From Anthoceros angustus (lineage: Eukaryota > Plantae > Anthocerotophyta), in assembly GCA_010909165.1 (NCBI GenBank), contig MU008182.1:372001-436000 (forward strand): a stretch of 64,000 nucleotides of DNA. Direction: 5' to 3'. The stretch's first letter is position 1, and each line of letters starts with the position of its first letter. The notes under the pieces are model-generated. The model was not told the DNA's origin. It searched no databases and saw only the letters and a list, made by a program, of their open reading frames with translations. This document shows positions 38,701 to 53,076 of the stretch, one piece after another. The position numbers and the translations under genes were made by a program.

Positions 38701-41700
38701 TTAAGGTTTATTGTGAGGCCCTTCTTACAGAACCTATCTTATCAATCGCTTACCTACATCACAAGACACGGCATGACGCCTTATGAAGCGTTTATTGGCA
38801 AGAAACCGTCCATTGATCATCTTCGTATTTTTGGATCAGGCATATGTTTTCATTCCTAAAGCATTACGTAAGTTGGATCCCAAGGCAGCCAAGTATCTTT
38901 TCATAGGATATCAAGGCATTAAAGGGTATAAGTTATATAACCCTTCAACAAGACAACTTCTTTATGCTCGAGTGTTACATTCCATGAGTCTTACCTCTTT
39001 TCTCCAACAAAGGGAGTTGAAGTCGTTGACTCGCGATGATGCTAATGATTTTTCTACATTTGATGATCCTAATCCCTTCCTTTCCTTGTCCCTACTCCTC
39101 GTGTTCCTTCTGACCCCATGCAGGAGGAGGAGCCTCTTCCACCTTCATCCGATCCCCTTGAGGCCATTTCAAGATGCTATACCTCGCTCAAGATGATAAT
39201 GATCTTGGAAGCGATGATCTTGAAGAAATGGATCCCTTAGAACAAGAAGATGAACCAGCCTTCTGTGGAAGACACACACCAAGGTACAACCTTAGATCAC
39301 GTCCACTCATCTCGGCCCCGCTGGTTGGAAAGAACCCCTTTGGGATACCTTGCTATTTTTCCCGATTCTAATTCTCCGAGTCCCTTTATAATCAAGTGTG
39401 TACCACCATGAGACTTAGAAGAGCCTCTTACCCTAAAACAAGCCTTCTCTTCTCCTCCAAACATCTATGGAAGGAAGAGATTAGTATAATTCCCTCATTA
39501 GTAATTCTACATGGGAATTAGTTGAACCTCCTAAGGGTAGAAAAATAGTAACCAGCAAATGGGTATTTAAGATAAAGAGAAAAGGAGATGGATCCGTGGA
39601 AAGGTATAAAGCACGCCTAGTTGCTAGAGGTTTTACCCAAATCTCGGACTAGACTATATACCTTGGGCCACTTATGCTCCTGTAGCCAAGTTTGCCACTC
39701 TTCGCATGATCTTCGCTATATGTGCCCAAGACGATCTTGAACTTCATATGATGGATGTGAAGACAGATATTTGTATGGGCGCTTGAAAGAAGAAATATAC
39801 ATGAAGCAACGAGGGTTATGAAGTAAAAGGCAAGGAGCATTTAGTATGTAAATTGATCAAGGGTCTATATGGACTCAAGCAATCCGCAAAATTGGAACTT
39901 GACCATCCATATACAACTCTCGAATAAGGGATTTAAGCAAAGTAAAGGCGATGCTTGCTTATATATTTACCTTAAGGGAAATGATATATTTTACCTTCTA
40001 TTATCGTCGATGACGTCTTATGGCAACAAACTCTCTTATTCTCCTAATGAGATAAAGCATGGCTTGGACATTATATGAAATGACCGACTGGAGAAATGAA
40101 TTATGCACTTGGTGTAAATATTATCCGCGATAGGAGTAATAAAAGTGAGCATAGTTCAAACCAAGTATATAAAGGAGAGTTTAGCAAAATTTGGAATGGA
40201 AGATGCAAAGAAGCACCCACACCTTTTGCTAGTGGCATCGCTTACTCGATATGAGTCCTAAGAGTGCTCAAGAGAAAATGGAGATGGCATCCGTCCCATA
40301 TCGACATCTTTCGGCACTCTCATATATTTAAGCAATTTTACTAGACTGATATTTCTTTTGAAGTCGGCCTCACGCTTTTTGGAGAACCACGGACATCAAC
40401 ACTTTGGATGTCGGTTAAGCGTATTTTTCGATACCTTAAAGGGACTATGCAAACAGCGACATTTAAGCATACACCAGCAATCAAAACATTAACACTTACG
40501 ATATGCCGCGTCGATTATCGGTGATCCCGACTCAAAATCCATCGTTATGTTTTACTTCTTGGAGGAGCTCCAATATCATGGTCGAGTAAGAAATTCCTAC
40601 CATTGCCTTGTCTAGTCGAATCAATATAGAGTACTAACATCTATTTCCAAGGATATAGTATGGTCTAGGCTAATTTTGAGTGAACTTAATCACCCTCAGC
40701 AAAACCCAACATCTCTTTTTGGTGATAGTCAGGGCGCCATAGCACTTGCTAGAAACCCTGTTTTCCATTCCAGAACCAAACACATAGCTGTTGAGTATCA
40801 CTATATCAGAGAGAAGTTGGAAGATAACACTATAGATATCACTTATATACCAACACAAAACAATCCAGCTGATTTGTTAACTAAGTCATTAGGGAGAGAT
40901 TTGCATTTAAGACACATGAAAACGTTAGGTATTCAAGAGGTTTAAGTCAGCTAGCTAGTATGTGTCAATGTATTTTCTATAGTCCACACATCTTGTCTAG
41001 CATAGAAATTTCCTCTCCTAACTCTATGTAGTCCTCACTGCATCGCTTATCCTCTCTTTCTAATACCCGAAGGATCCTACAATACACACCATGGGTTATA
41101 AAGTGAAAATGATGAAAAGATAGTACTTAAGTCGTTAGGTTACTCGTACAAGTGTTTGGTGTGTCCTTCATATTTTCACATGGGGAAGCACTTAACCACA
41201 TCATCTTAATCTCTTTTCACATACATACTCCATGGGAACTTCATGGTCATCCTTTCCTAAGAACCAAGTAGGTTGCCTTGCATAAGTTTCACGTGTAGGA
41301 ACTAGGAATTTTCCTTTTGCACTTGCTCTCTTGAGTAGGTCGAGAGGTAGGGCAAATCTCACATGGCTTGTGCCCACACTCTTATCTACACCGCAAAATA
41401 GCGAGATATTATTAGGAAAATGTTAGTTTAGTTTACCGGTTTTTGGTATCATCTTTCCTACTCACTCCTTGGCTCTTATGCTGTCGCTATTACATCCTCT
41501 ATGCGGCCATTTACACAAGGATGTGATCTCCAGCTACCTCACAAATAGCTCGAGGGTCTCTTCCGGTTTTATAGAGTCCTCGACTCTTCCGAATCTTCAT
41601 TCATTTTGAAGTCATCATATTCGGCCTCGATTGGATGCGGCTTTATCGGATTATCTACATCCATATTTATTAGCATTTTATGCACTCAAAATTTTTATGC

Positions 41701-43046
41701 AATTTATTTTGCAATTTATTGACTTACCAAGAACTTTGACTTCTCTCACAACGACCTTGGATTTTTCCACAGCGCACCACTGTGATATCATCCTCTTCAT
41801 CGGGTATGTCATCACTCTTTGCAATAGGTTGACGCACCGGCAAGAAATTGATCAAGTTTGGGTCATCCGGTTCCTCCCAAGATCCGATAATGTCGGTACA
41901 ACTTCATCCCGACCACAAGTGGTGTGCACTGCACGTTTTCCTTCTTTCTTTCTTCGCAAGTATCCTCCTTCGCCACCAAGTGCTTGTTTGATTTTATCAA
42001 GACCCATGTTTCGCCTCACGAGTCAGTACGGACCTCCAATCTCAATCGCAGATATTTATCAAGCAACTCCAGCAATTTATCAATTTATTTAGCAATTTCC
42101 AGCAATTTATTTCAGCAATTTATTTCAGCTATTTCCATATAAATCCAGCAAATATTTCAAAATTTGATTCGTATGAGCACCTTTATGACGGCACGGCCGG
42201 ATTCTCGCCAAATTATCGCTATTTTCTCACCGATCTTGGCACAGCGCGGGCGACTTGATCGATCGCGACAGGATCGGCAAAGCGTAAATTTTGTTGGAGT
42301 GATGGATCTCCGGCGATCGGATGCGCGGGTCACGGGCTGGATCGAGGTCGGATGGCGTGGCCGGATGGGCGCGAGGGCCGGATGGATGGACGGCGCGCAG
42401 ATCGGGGAGCACCGATCGAGCGGATCGAGATTGATGCACCCGAGGTGCGCGGAGTCTGCGGGGGAGAAGACGGTTTTGTCTCCCCGTTCAGAAACCGGGC
42501 GAACGGCAACCCCCTACCCGCTCACAGGCGAGAGGGGCCGTTCGCTTTTATTTATAGGCCGAAATGGGCCTATCTGCTTTTAGCTTATTTATAGGCCATT
42601 TTGTGGCCTCTATTTTGTTTTTCATTTTCTTTATGCCTATATTAAGTCCTTATTTATGACTTGATTATATGTTAGATGCTTAAGTTTTTAAGACCTTTTT
42701 CTTAAGATAACTTTAGGTTTAGTGGGAGCCTATTTAACATTTAGGCCTCATTTTAAAGGCTAGACTTCACCCCTATATTCATAGTGAGTGGGAGTGATGA
42801 AATAGGTCTAGATTAGGGCACTATTCATTAGGGCCTCATAACTTAAACATTATTATTTACCTAGGGTTATTTAGGTAGTTAGTAGTTATATTAGTTATAT
42901 TGGTTACACAACTTACGGTTGCAACTACTTATGGTTGCAACCACTTATGGTTGTAACCACCCAGCCTATTTAAAGGCTTGTACTTTACTCATTAAACACT
43001 TACATTGTTTCTTCTTCTTCTAATCTAAGAGCTCTGATTCTCATCA
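35786..43046 (+). mobile_element. Ty1/Copia family A, copy 2 (LTRs 35786-36042 and 42795-43046)
   Basis: Collinear with 9087-16318. TSD TTCCC (35781-35785; 43047-43051), PBS TGGTAGAGC, intact RNase H end 40676-40945 (GDSQGAIALARNPVFHSRTKHI..NPADLLTK). Confidence 0.95.
40975..42548 (-). other. Putative antisense multi-exon gene in Copia A copy 2
   Basis: Introns 41077-41143, 41386-41465, 41655-41727 and ~42047-42180. The first three have the same lengths and splice signals as copy 1; the fourth keeps its donor but its acceptor AG is corrupted. Confidence 0.62.
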
Positions 43047-43051
43047 TTCCC

Positions 43052-45625
43052 CGACGCTTCCTTCACAATTTTGCGGGATCTTGACTTACATGTTAATCGC
43101 AGACGACCACAAATTGCGGTCAAGTAATGCGAACCGAGATTTTATCCGACAAAGTTTCCTCCCCGCCCGACTGGTCGACTCCGACCTTATTGGTAAAGTT
43201 TCGATTCCATGACCCTCCCATCGGGTGGGTTCCCATACCCGGTGGATCCACGATCTGCTCTGCGACCCCGCTTTCGTATCGGGTGAGCCTGTTTAATTCA
43301 TCTTCCGATTGCCGCTTACTGACTAATGTCGGAGGAAACGCGTTCCTCCCCTCCTTTGGTTCCGTCCCGCCCCTACCGAGGTAGTCTCTGGTCTACCCTC
43401 AGAGTGCACTACGGGTAGTCTACCGCCTGCCGGTCTTGACCTCGCTCCTCGTTCAACACGCTGCCTCCGGAGGCCATGGTGAGTCATCCTCACCTTCCTC
43501 CGCTTCCTTTCCTCATGCGCCTGCTCCGCCTTTCTCGCGACGGCCCGACCGTGGTTACCCGCCACCATCAACCTTTCATCCGCTTATTTCTCCTCGTATC
43601 CTTCCTCCACGATACACATCTTCGAGAATGACTACTTCCACCTTCAACACGGTGTTGTGGTCACGGTAGGTTTCGGTGTTGGGTCGTGCCTCTTCACCTG
43701 CAGCTCGAACGACTCGGTCACCTGGTGTCACTCGCGTCACCCGTGCATCCGGGGTCCCCATTTTATGTCCCAATTCCTTACATACCGGCAAAGGGTACAT
43801 AACCTACTTGCTTCCGTGGTTACGGGCATTCGAGTAGTGTCACGGGCTCCTGTAACAGACCCCTGTGGAATTGCCATCGGTCCGTACGGATCTCTCCATT
43901 GTCCGGCGATGTCGGACGTGAGCCATACCTTGAGGGGCTGTGCGGTGGTAAGTCGCTCTCATTGATTGAGGTGGTCGGCTTTGACTTGTACGCTCCACCA
44001 CCAATAATCTCCTGGCATAACGGTTTCCACATGATTTACGGCGTGTCGCGGTGCACGAATACATTCTCGGTTGGTGTGTCCCGTTTGATGACAGATCGAG
44101 CAATACACCAACTGTCTCGCGGGCGAAGGAGATCTTCGTGGAGCTTGATTCTTCACTGCCTTGACCTCCAACTCGGTCAACCGCTTGGTCAAAGCCTCCA
44201 CTTGTCCAGCAATCCCTCCTCCCGCTGCAGACGTTTCTCCCTTCTCCATCCGACGGACCGTCTTCCCTTTCCTCTCCTTCTCCAATGCGCGTTCCGCCTC
44301 CTCTTGTCGTTTTTTGACCTTCTCCAGGTCCTTCCTCATTCGTCGTTCGTAGGCCTTCTCCGATTCCTCATCCGATGTGGAGCCTTCCTGAGTTCCGCTG
44401 TCCTCACTTTCTGATGTGGAAGAGGGCGACGAGCTAGAGGAGGTAGAGGAAGACGAGGAGCTAGATCTCCTCGATCCTTTTCTCTTCTTATGACTCCGCC
44501 TCTTCTTCCTCCTTCTCCCCAGCTCAGCAGACTCCCATTCCTCAGCTAAGCGGAGGGCCCCTGCCAACGTCTTCGTTCCGCGCCTGCAGTGTACCTCCAT
44601 TTTTCGTGACAAGCCACTCACAAACCAATCCAACGCTTGTTCTTGTGAGTACCCAGAGGTGGGTGGATCTCCCGGCCTCTCGGGTGCACATTTCGGAACC
44701 CGATCCAGATATCCATAAAACCTCTCCACATAATCGAACAACGACTCTCGTTTCTTCCTTCGGAGGGTTCTCAACTTGCCAAGGTGTGGTGTGCGTAACT
44801 GAGCCCTCGGAACCGATTCAAGAAGGCTGCCTTAAGAGCTTCCCAATCCGTTGGCGCTACCGAATTATATGTGCGACCATACCCTTTGGGCATGCCCTCT
44901 CTCCGGAAGATGCGTCGCTCGGCGACTCCATCCTCTAAATTTGCGTGGGAGGCGTGCTCGAAAGTCACGAACGCCTCGCATCATCTCCCTTTTCTTCTCG
45001 CCGAATTTGGCGTATTTGGCGACTATGAAGTTAGGCTCCTCCTCCACCAACTCCACTCATGTTGCTCGTTCGAGTGTCCACTGGACCAACACTCCTCGGG
45101 GTAACGAAACAAATCGGGATCCTTGAGCACGAAAATCTTCTACCAAGGGAGTAGCGACCTCCCTCTAGTCCGTCCCAAAGATCAATCGATCAGCGATTCG
45201 ATCGAGTCGTTCCGCCAAATCCTCCGACCAGCACTCCCGCTCGACGACCCTGCCACCGCCGGATGGAGGTGGTGCCACCGCTTTGAGAAAAGCGTCGCGG
45301 GCGTTCGCGGCGGTTGTGGAAGGCAACTTCGTGCTCGGAGGCGCGGCCCTTCCTCACTTTGGACACCGCTTTCTCGACCTCCTTCCTCACCGCTTGATCT
45401 CGCCTCTTCTTCCTCCTTCTCCGTCTGCCGTTCGCACCTCCGCCCTTGGTCGGCGACTTCCTCCGCTCGTGTCTCTACTTCCTCCCGCTGCCCACGAGTG
45501 GCGGCGCGGTCTCTTCCCTTAGCATTTCTTCGGCTCGAATCTCTCGCGGTGGCGGGGTGACCTTCCGTGTATCTCCCGAGATCGACCCCTATCGACATAG
45601 CAACCATCCTCATGTCCTCCAACCC
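43052..45625 (-). pseudogene. Gypsy gag copy 2
   Basis: ORF 43959-44774 (RESLFDYVERF...DWFVSGL...CSICHQTGHTNREC); AKYAKF..HASHAN..PTDWEALKAAFLNRF. Confidence 0.85.
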
Positions 45626-45794
45626 ACGGTGTTAAGAGGAAAGCAAATCACACCCGTTTAGTGTCTCAACCATTCACCCCTATGACACTTAGGCGTGAAA
45701 TTCTTCTCACCCTATGGTGACTCTCGGTCCCTTTGAAACATACTATGGGAAACCACAAACTTCAACCTTTCAACAACAAACAGCGCGCCAAAAA

Positions 45795-48700
45795 TGTGGT
45801 AGGGAGAAGGGCACTAGGTCCTCCCATATAGCGGCCACACTTATCCCATGTCGCCGACGTTGGGTTTCGTCCCATGAGACTTGTGTGAAAGTTCGAGGTC
45901 CCATGCCACCCGCGATGACACTTCTCGACCTTCTAACAAGCAAGGCGCCCCTCTACTCTCCCTCTCACGTGCACACACTTGCGCCAACCCCCGACACACA
46001 AACAATTGCGGGTCCCGCCTCGGAAGGAGCCTACCACGCCGGGGACCCCAGTTCACACCGATTCGTCCCTACTTCTAAGACCAAACTTGACCTACAACGA
46101 CACACAACACAATTGCGGTCCGCCTCGGAAGAGCCTACCACGGGCGCCAGGACCCCCTCACACCGCGATTCGTCCCTACTTCTAAGACCAAACTTCTCCA
46201 CTCGGGGAGCTCTTTTACTTTTGGGATTCGTCCCTTAGGCTCGCCTGTGGCCTTCCACTAACACCTACACCTCTAATCCTCTACTCATCTTCTCATCTCC
46301 TCATCCTCTTCCTCCTAGTTCTAACCTCGTTCGGGCTTCGGGTTTCGACTCGCCCTTACGGCACAGCCTGGGTCCGCCTCCACCAGCAAGTTCTTCCTTG
46401 GGCGGTTGCTATGAGTTTGACACGACCGAGAACCTGGAGTCTTTCCTAGTCTACCCTCAAGCCGAGAGTTCTCCGGGCATTTGCCACACACCCAAAGCAA
46501 AGCAATTTCACAGCAACCATTCACAAGGGAGCAACTCGTTTAGGCACTTGCACGAGCAAGTCCTCCACCAAGCACTCGACCACCGCGACTTCCTCTCTAC
46601 CGAGACTGTGTTGGCTCACTGACGAAATTCCTCTGTAATGGCAAAGGACTCGATGAGCGTGCGCAAGACATGATACTTTACTTTGTGAAATCCTCCTCCT
46701 CTTATAGGAGGCCTTCCACATACAACCTCCCTAGGTGACCCTCTGCAGGTCACCTTTTCCAATTTTCTATTTCCTACACATTTAATGTCCGCACCTAAGT
46801 CTATTGTCCTTTTGGTAAATTCTATTCTAGTAACTTCACCTAAGACCATCCTTGAAGGATGTCGATTACATCACCTCCCTTCCTATTCTTCTACCAAAGC
46901 TCATTTATGGTCATTGACCATTCTTAGTCTTCATTTGTGGTGGACGTGTCCTGGTGGATTGGCTCCCTCGCCCTCCTTTTGCTCTTGCCCCTTCCCCCCT
47001 TTGTCGCTTCCTAATGTGTGGGGCAAGTACCATCCTTGCCCTTCCTCCATCTCGGGCGGCCTGATTCCTGTTTCCATCGGCGCTCGCACCTAGGCGCCTT
47101 TTCTCCGCCGCCCGGGTCGCGCCGTTTATTCGACCCTACGCGGTGATCTGCAGATAATCGTGGTAGTCGCCCCTACTCCTTCTCCTTCTCCTCCTTCTCC
47201 GCCGGTGAGGGTTTCTTGGTCGATCTTCATTGCTCTTCCTTGTTTGGTTTGTCCATACCTATCATAGAGCATCTTCATCTTCCCATTCGCCCACCATGTT
47301 GCCTAATCTCTCGGGCCTTCTGCGTTGGACTCCTCCTCCCTCCTCCCTTACTGGTAAGGGAACTTCTCACCCTCCCTCCCCTCCGGGTCGGACCCGTCTC
47401 TCCGGTTGTCTCTCCCACCACCCCAGCCTCCTCCGGGGTATACGGACCCCGGCTCCTTCATCCTCGGCGGGCGTCCAACTCCCCCAACCTCCGCGCCCGC
47501 GGCACTGCCCTACCCGGTAGTCGCGGACTACCGGCGTGTGGTGTCTACCACGGTAGTCGGCAGACTACCATGGTAGGTGGTCACCACCGAGGTAGGGTTG
47601 ACCGGAGGGGGCTCCTCCCCCTCCGCGCCTCCCACCCTGTCGGGTGGCTCTCACCGACTCCTGATTCCTCGAGTCCATTTCGATGGCCTCATCAAAATCG
47701 GAGGCCTCCGGCTGCACTTGTGCGCTCCTTCATCATCATGAGGACCCAATGTCCTCCTCTTGGCCAAACGTAAGATCTCATTGTTGGCCTTCAAAATTCT
47801 ATTGTGGAGGTGAGCCCCAAGTTGTGATATTGCATTTGGAGATCATCAATCTCCGTGGGCCACTCTCCATCTTCGCACCTACCTTGTAGGCGTCTTGAGG
47901 TGGTCAATCCCACCTTGACATGGAGGTTACATTCTCCTCCCTCACTTCCTATGGTGGCTGCAAGGGCATAATCGCCAAAATCGCCGCTTCCTCACTACGA
48001 TTCTGCACCACCTTCTTGTGGCTCCTCCTCGGAGACCTCCTTTGTTCCTCTAATTGCAAGCCCTTCCTCTCCGCTTGCCAAGCATCTTTTCGGCTCCAGC
48101 CCCGATCTTGTGCTTTCCGCGCTTCTCTTCCAAACTAACGGGCTCTTCTCAACTCTTCCTTCATGTCCCGGATTTTGATGGCTTGAGTAGCCATCACTGC
48201 TCAGGGCCACTTCCGAGTTGCTCGCTTCTCCTTCCTAGAGCCTCCCTTGCCTTTCCTCTTGCTCTAATTGGGCAAAATGCTCCCCTTTGCCTCCATGATT
48301 TTGGGTTTGCTCGAATGGCTCTTTCTTGTTGTGACAACCTCCCTGGACCTTCTCCAGGCATGCTCATGAGGTCGTTGGAGCTTCTCACCTTTTTCCAATT
48401 TTGGCTGCCTTTTCATCGGACTCCATGGCCTCCAATTGCCATTTGGTCCTGCCTTCCTCCGGCCATGTCTTGAGATTTCACTTCCTCTTGGCATGCCCAC
48501 AAGGAGGCTGCTCTAGCCCCTTCAAATCCACGGTGAGTGCTTCAAGCACCCAAGAATTCTCCTAGGGGTCCTAATTCCACCCCTTCTTTCTTCTTGGAAA
48601 TTTCCAGCTCGCACCTCTCATCGGCAGGGCTGGCCCCTTCACTGTCGCTCCATCCGCCTCCCACCCAGCGGAGATGGTGGCCTCGGCGCCGCTCGCGGCA

Positions 48701-50807
48701 CCTCCTTCCCTTCCACGTAGGCTTTTGCTGGCGGGGTGCCCGCCACCGGTGGCGCCTGCGGTAGTCTACCTACCATGGGTGTGCGCCTACCACGGTGGCT
48801 GCCCACCCCTTGGGTAGACCGCCTCACCGGTAGTGGCCGGGTGCCTCTCGTAGGCACAAAGGAGATGGTGGGGACTCCCCACTCTGGCACCACCCCGTGG
48901 TCCTTCTCTCATAGACCACCATCCGGCCTTCTCGGCCGCTTCTTGCTCTCTTCCCTTGCTTGCTCTGGGGGAAAGGATTCCCACTCGGCAACTTTGTTGC
49001 CTCAACCTTCTCCTCTTGCTTCTAGCATTTTGTGGAGGTCGACCTCCCACCGTCTTCGCAATGCAAAGGCAAAGGCCTTTCCAACCTCGTGGAGATGGAT
49101 GACCTCAAAGGGATGCCATGCATCTTCAAGCTCCTTGCTTGTGAGGAGTCCCTCGGTTTCCCATAAATGCACCAAATAGGTGCTAAGGTAGGGCCTTGGC
49201 CCTTCCTCATCCACGAATTTGGCTTGAGGAGCTTCTCTCGATGGTGATGTACGCTTCATACATGATAGTCCCCAATCGGCTTGGCTCCCATGGAAATCTT
49301 CCAAAAATTGGAGGAAGTTGGTGCTGAAATAAGAGTGCGTTGGTAATTTACCAACCCCAGCACAATCTTTGCGAAGAGCCTCCACTTGACTCCTTGATGC
49401 TCTCGGTCTTCCAGCCATTCTTGGCGTGGGCTTTCACCTCCATCCATCATGTCAAGGAACTCCTGCGGGATGTCGAGAGGCTGTCCTCTTCCTCCATTCG
49501 ACCTTTCGAGGAGAGCAATTCGAGCTCTCCTCCTCCGGTCTTCCATACACGAATACTTGACCGTCCGAACGTGGATCCGTCGAGCATTCCTCTCCAGAGC
49601 GGCAGGCCTTCCGATTGATGGAGGTTGATGTAACACTCCTCAATCAATTCCAAATTGGTGTAGGCCCATTGGCGGCCATACACCCACCCCAATTGGATGT
49701 TGTCTTCCTCCGCCTTGCCGAAATCCACTAAATCTGGGGTTGAGCGTCCGAAAGCAAGTGAATTGAGGCATCTCGACCTCACCCCCTCCTGGTGGCGCAG
49801 GCTCCACCTTCTTTTCCTTTCCTCCTCGCGAGGAAGAGCCCTGGCGTGGCTCCTTCCCTTGCCTTTCCCCTCGAGGCATGGTGGCGTCGCTTCCCAAGCT
49901 AAGGAAGGAAATTACTCTCCAATTTGAGAGCTTCAAAATTTCACACTCCAACACCTCTTCCTTGTTGTGGTAACACCACTTCGCAGACACGTTAGCCCCG
50001 GCTTGAATTTTCCAGCCGCCAACCTTCTCTCCGGTCCTTCCAGGCGGTGCCGCCAATTCACAACGCCTTCCCGCCTCACCTACCGCCTGCCTCCAAGTGC
50101 TCCTTCTTGGCTCGCTCTCACACTTCCTCTCCAGGGCGCTGGTGAGCTCTTCCTTTTGCGGACGCGCTTCCTTCCACCGGCCTCCGTGGGCTGGGTCTTC
50201 TTTCTCGATGGAGCGCACGCGCTCGCCCGCCTCCCGCTTTTCGATGGCGCCTTGATGATGGTAGCCTTCCTTCCTTCTGCCTTACGCTCCAACTCCTCCT
50301 CGTTCGGGCTAAGTGGAGAAGCGCTCCAAAGCGCACTTTGCCCCTTTGGATGTCCACACCGCGGCCGCACAACCCTAGATTGGATTCATCATTCCAAAAT
50401 CCTAATTCTACCTATTTTCCTATTCTCGCTGCTATTCCTAATTAATCGCTTGCTAATCATTTAATATATTTATTCCCTATCGATGAGCATATAGTGGATA
50501 TCCTCCCCATTCTAGATTCCCCGTTAGCCGAGACGCGCCTTACCCGTAGTCTCCTTCTTCACCCTCACTGACGAGGTGGCAGCCTACGGTGAGTCTCACC
50601 CACCTACCGCCTTCCCGCCTTCTTATCTCGCTCAAGGTCATTCCGGACCGTTTCCTGACATCCTTTCGCCTCCTAACAATGTGTCCTACAACTCCGCCTT
50701 CCAAGGATTCTAAAATTCCTTCAGCATGCCCTCTTCACTGCTCCTAGTCAAAAAATCAAACCTGGTCTTGGGCTCTTTTGGGTCGGTTGCCCAAACTTTA
50801 TGCTCCA
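45795..50807 (-). repeat. Gypsy copy 2 5' LTR, ~5.0 kb
   Basis: Starts TGTGGTAGGGAG next to the PBS; collinear with the other LTR copies. Confidence 0.85.
45980..46200. repeat. Tandem repeats (~100-bp unit) near the PBS-proximal end of the Gypsy LTR
   Basis: GATTCGTCCCTACTTCTAAGACCAAACTT and AATTGCGGTCCGCCTCGGAAG repeated; also at 19335-19520. Confidence 0.75.
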
Positions 50808-53076
50808 TGCTTTCGCGCATGGTCGAGAGAAGTTAAAATAGGATATACTTGAGCGAGGGTCACCCATTACGAGACATATGTCACTGGCGTAGCCGTAAAC
50901 AGACTACCGTTGGGTACTCTTATTCTGTGAACCTACCATGATCTTTAGCGGTGTTCACGGTGAACCTGTAGTGCTGGCGCCCGATCCGGGCAGGCTATGA
51001 GAACCTTTGGGTCTTCCAGAGTGATCCCCATTAACCGGGGAATGGTAAGGAAGCGGCATCAGTATGTTGTCTGCGCTAAGCGGCGGTCGTACTCTTTATG
51101 ACTTTGGAGCATTTTAGCGATCGCCCGGTGAATGAAGATGGGAGGCGGAACTTGGAAGCGTCTGGCAGTCGTTGTTCAAGCCTACACGCATCCTTTATTT
51201 AGCATCATACATTGCTAGAACCACTCTATGGAGATCTTCCGTAAGAAGAAAGAAGGGGTCCCAGTCGATTATCGATTCACCGGAATAAATGGTATCGGCG
51301 GTTGTTAATTGTCGCGACATTCAAGTTCAAGAAGAGATAGGACATCTCCATCCTCAACGATTTAACTCCGCGCTGACATCGAGTAGCCTTCTTGTATGCC
51401 CTTAACTTCTCTTTTCATGGTCCACTTCCTTTGAACTTCGCCTCGAGAAGAAGTGAAGATCCCCTCAAGACATGGCGGGAGGAAAGCGAGACAAATAATA
51501 AATTGGAACCTCCATTCTTATGGAGTCCGTGGCACTACGAAAAGTTATTTGGGCTCAGTAGCGACCAAACACAGGTCGGTTGCTTCCCATACGGTTGAAG
51601 ACCTCCTCTCACTATGAGCCATCAGAGCAACCGCTCGCTTGAAGACTCGTAGGTTGTATTTTCAGGCGGAGCATTTAATAGGCTGCATACATTAGAGCAA
51701 ATGGTAAGACCACTAGTAGGAAGCGAATTACTCGTGCTGTGAAGGTGTCCCAACTCGGTAATGTGGACAGCGAAACACTACCTCAGGAATTTGGGAATGT
51801 GATACACCTTCCCCAGATGAGCTGGCTGAAAATGTATTGAAATCATTCGGACAGATCGGACATCCCGTCCCTTCCTTCATCTTCAGTACCACCAATTGTT
51901 TGTAGTCGTGACCTCATAACTTGTGGTCTATCTTTCACATGAAGCATAATTGGCTTTGACAACGTTAGCAATGATAATAGTACATCTAGCAAGCTCATCC
52001 GTGTCCTACCACTCATCGTGTCATACTATACGTTTGGCACTCAATGACTTTATGGGGCTTGATGCTTTTTCGCATTAGAGCATTATACACTTGTTCTTTC
52101 GAGGAAGTTAGTACCATCAACTTCCGATATTGAACATGGCGTTTTCCACGATGATGAAATCATCATTCAAAAATCGTCAGATAAAACACTGGACTCGCTT
52201 GGAAAAGTCAAAAGAAAAAGTCCCGTATGCCCGTGTATTATCGTTGACCGGCTCCACCAGTATACCGAGATATTTGGTGAATATTCCGCCTGGCCACCGA
52301 CGTCATAATCAAGGATTATTTGATGCGGGTTCTGTGGCCCAAGGCCTGGCCTCCACCGCGGCCCGGCTAGTCTACCACATTGACCATTGCTACCACGCGG
52401 CTCACCGCTTCTACACCAGCTTCAGCCGTATCGCACATAACGCGATATGGCCATAGTCACACCATTGGGTGCGCCACCCGGGTCGGGCGGAAGGCCCCGT
52501 ACATACCACTGGCGGCCATGGCCCGGCGTACTTAATCTCACGCTCACATGAGGATCACACCGTCGGTCACACCGCTACGCATACCCAGCGGTTACCCGCG
52601 CCCCTTCTACGGCCGCGGCGTGCGTTGCAGGCGCAGCGAGTTCATGCTGTGGGCAAGGTGTTTAATCTGGCCTTGACCTGGCCACGTCCTTCATCTCGCC
52701 CACACATTGTTCCCACTGGCGGCCGGGCTGTGATTCTCACGCGATATGGATCAATTGCACGACTTGCCCGATACCAGCTAGAAAAATTCTAGCATCACAA
52801 CACAACCAAACCAAAGCTCGCGGCTAGTTGAAGGATCGTGTGAGCCCATGATGGTGGAAAGAGGAGAGGAGAGGAGAGGCAGATGTAACTCTCTTACATT
52901 GAGATGAGGCTGGAGTGGGTATTTATGCCTCAGAGAGAACTCCTAAGGAAGCTCCACAAGAAGCCCTAGGAAGGGAGCACAAGAAGCTTCCTAGGATTAG
53001 TGCTTAAACTAATGATATAGCGACACCTAACTTAGACTAAGTATATGGTCAAGTACATTGTCTTTAATACCCTTAC
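50808..53076 (-). mobile_element. Copia family B 5' portion (5' LTR ~52777-53076, PBS-like TGGTATCGGGC, gag-PR), cut by the Gypsy LTR; very noisy sequence
   Basis: 52830-53076 is the reverse complement of LTR 27644-27880. 50810-51940 is the reverse complement of 24168-25240. Confidence 0.82.

Larger units (their letters stand above)
28630..50807 (-). mobile_element. Ty3/Gypsy copy 2 with truncated 3' LTR (28630-31808), nested Copia A and 5' LTR (45795-50807)
   Basis: Collinear with copy 1; PPT 31809-31821; PBS 45781-45790. Confidence 0.92.
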
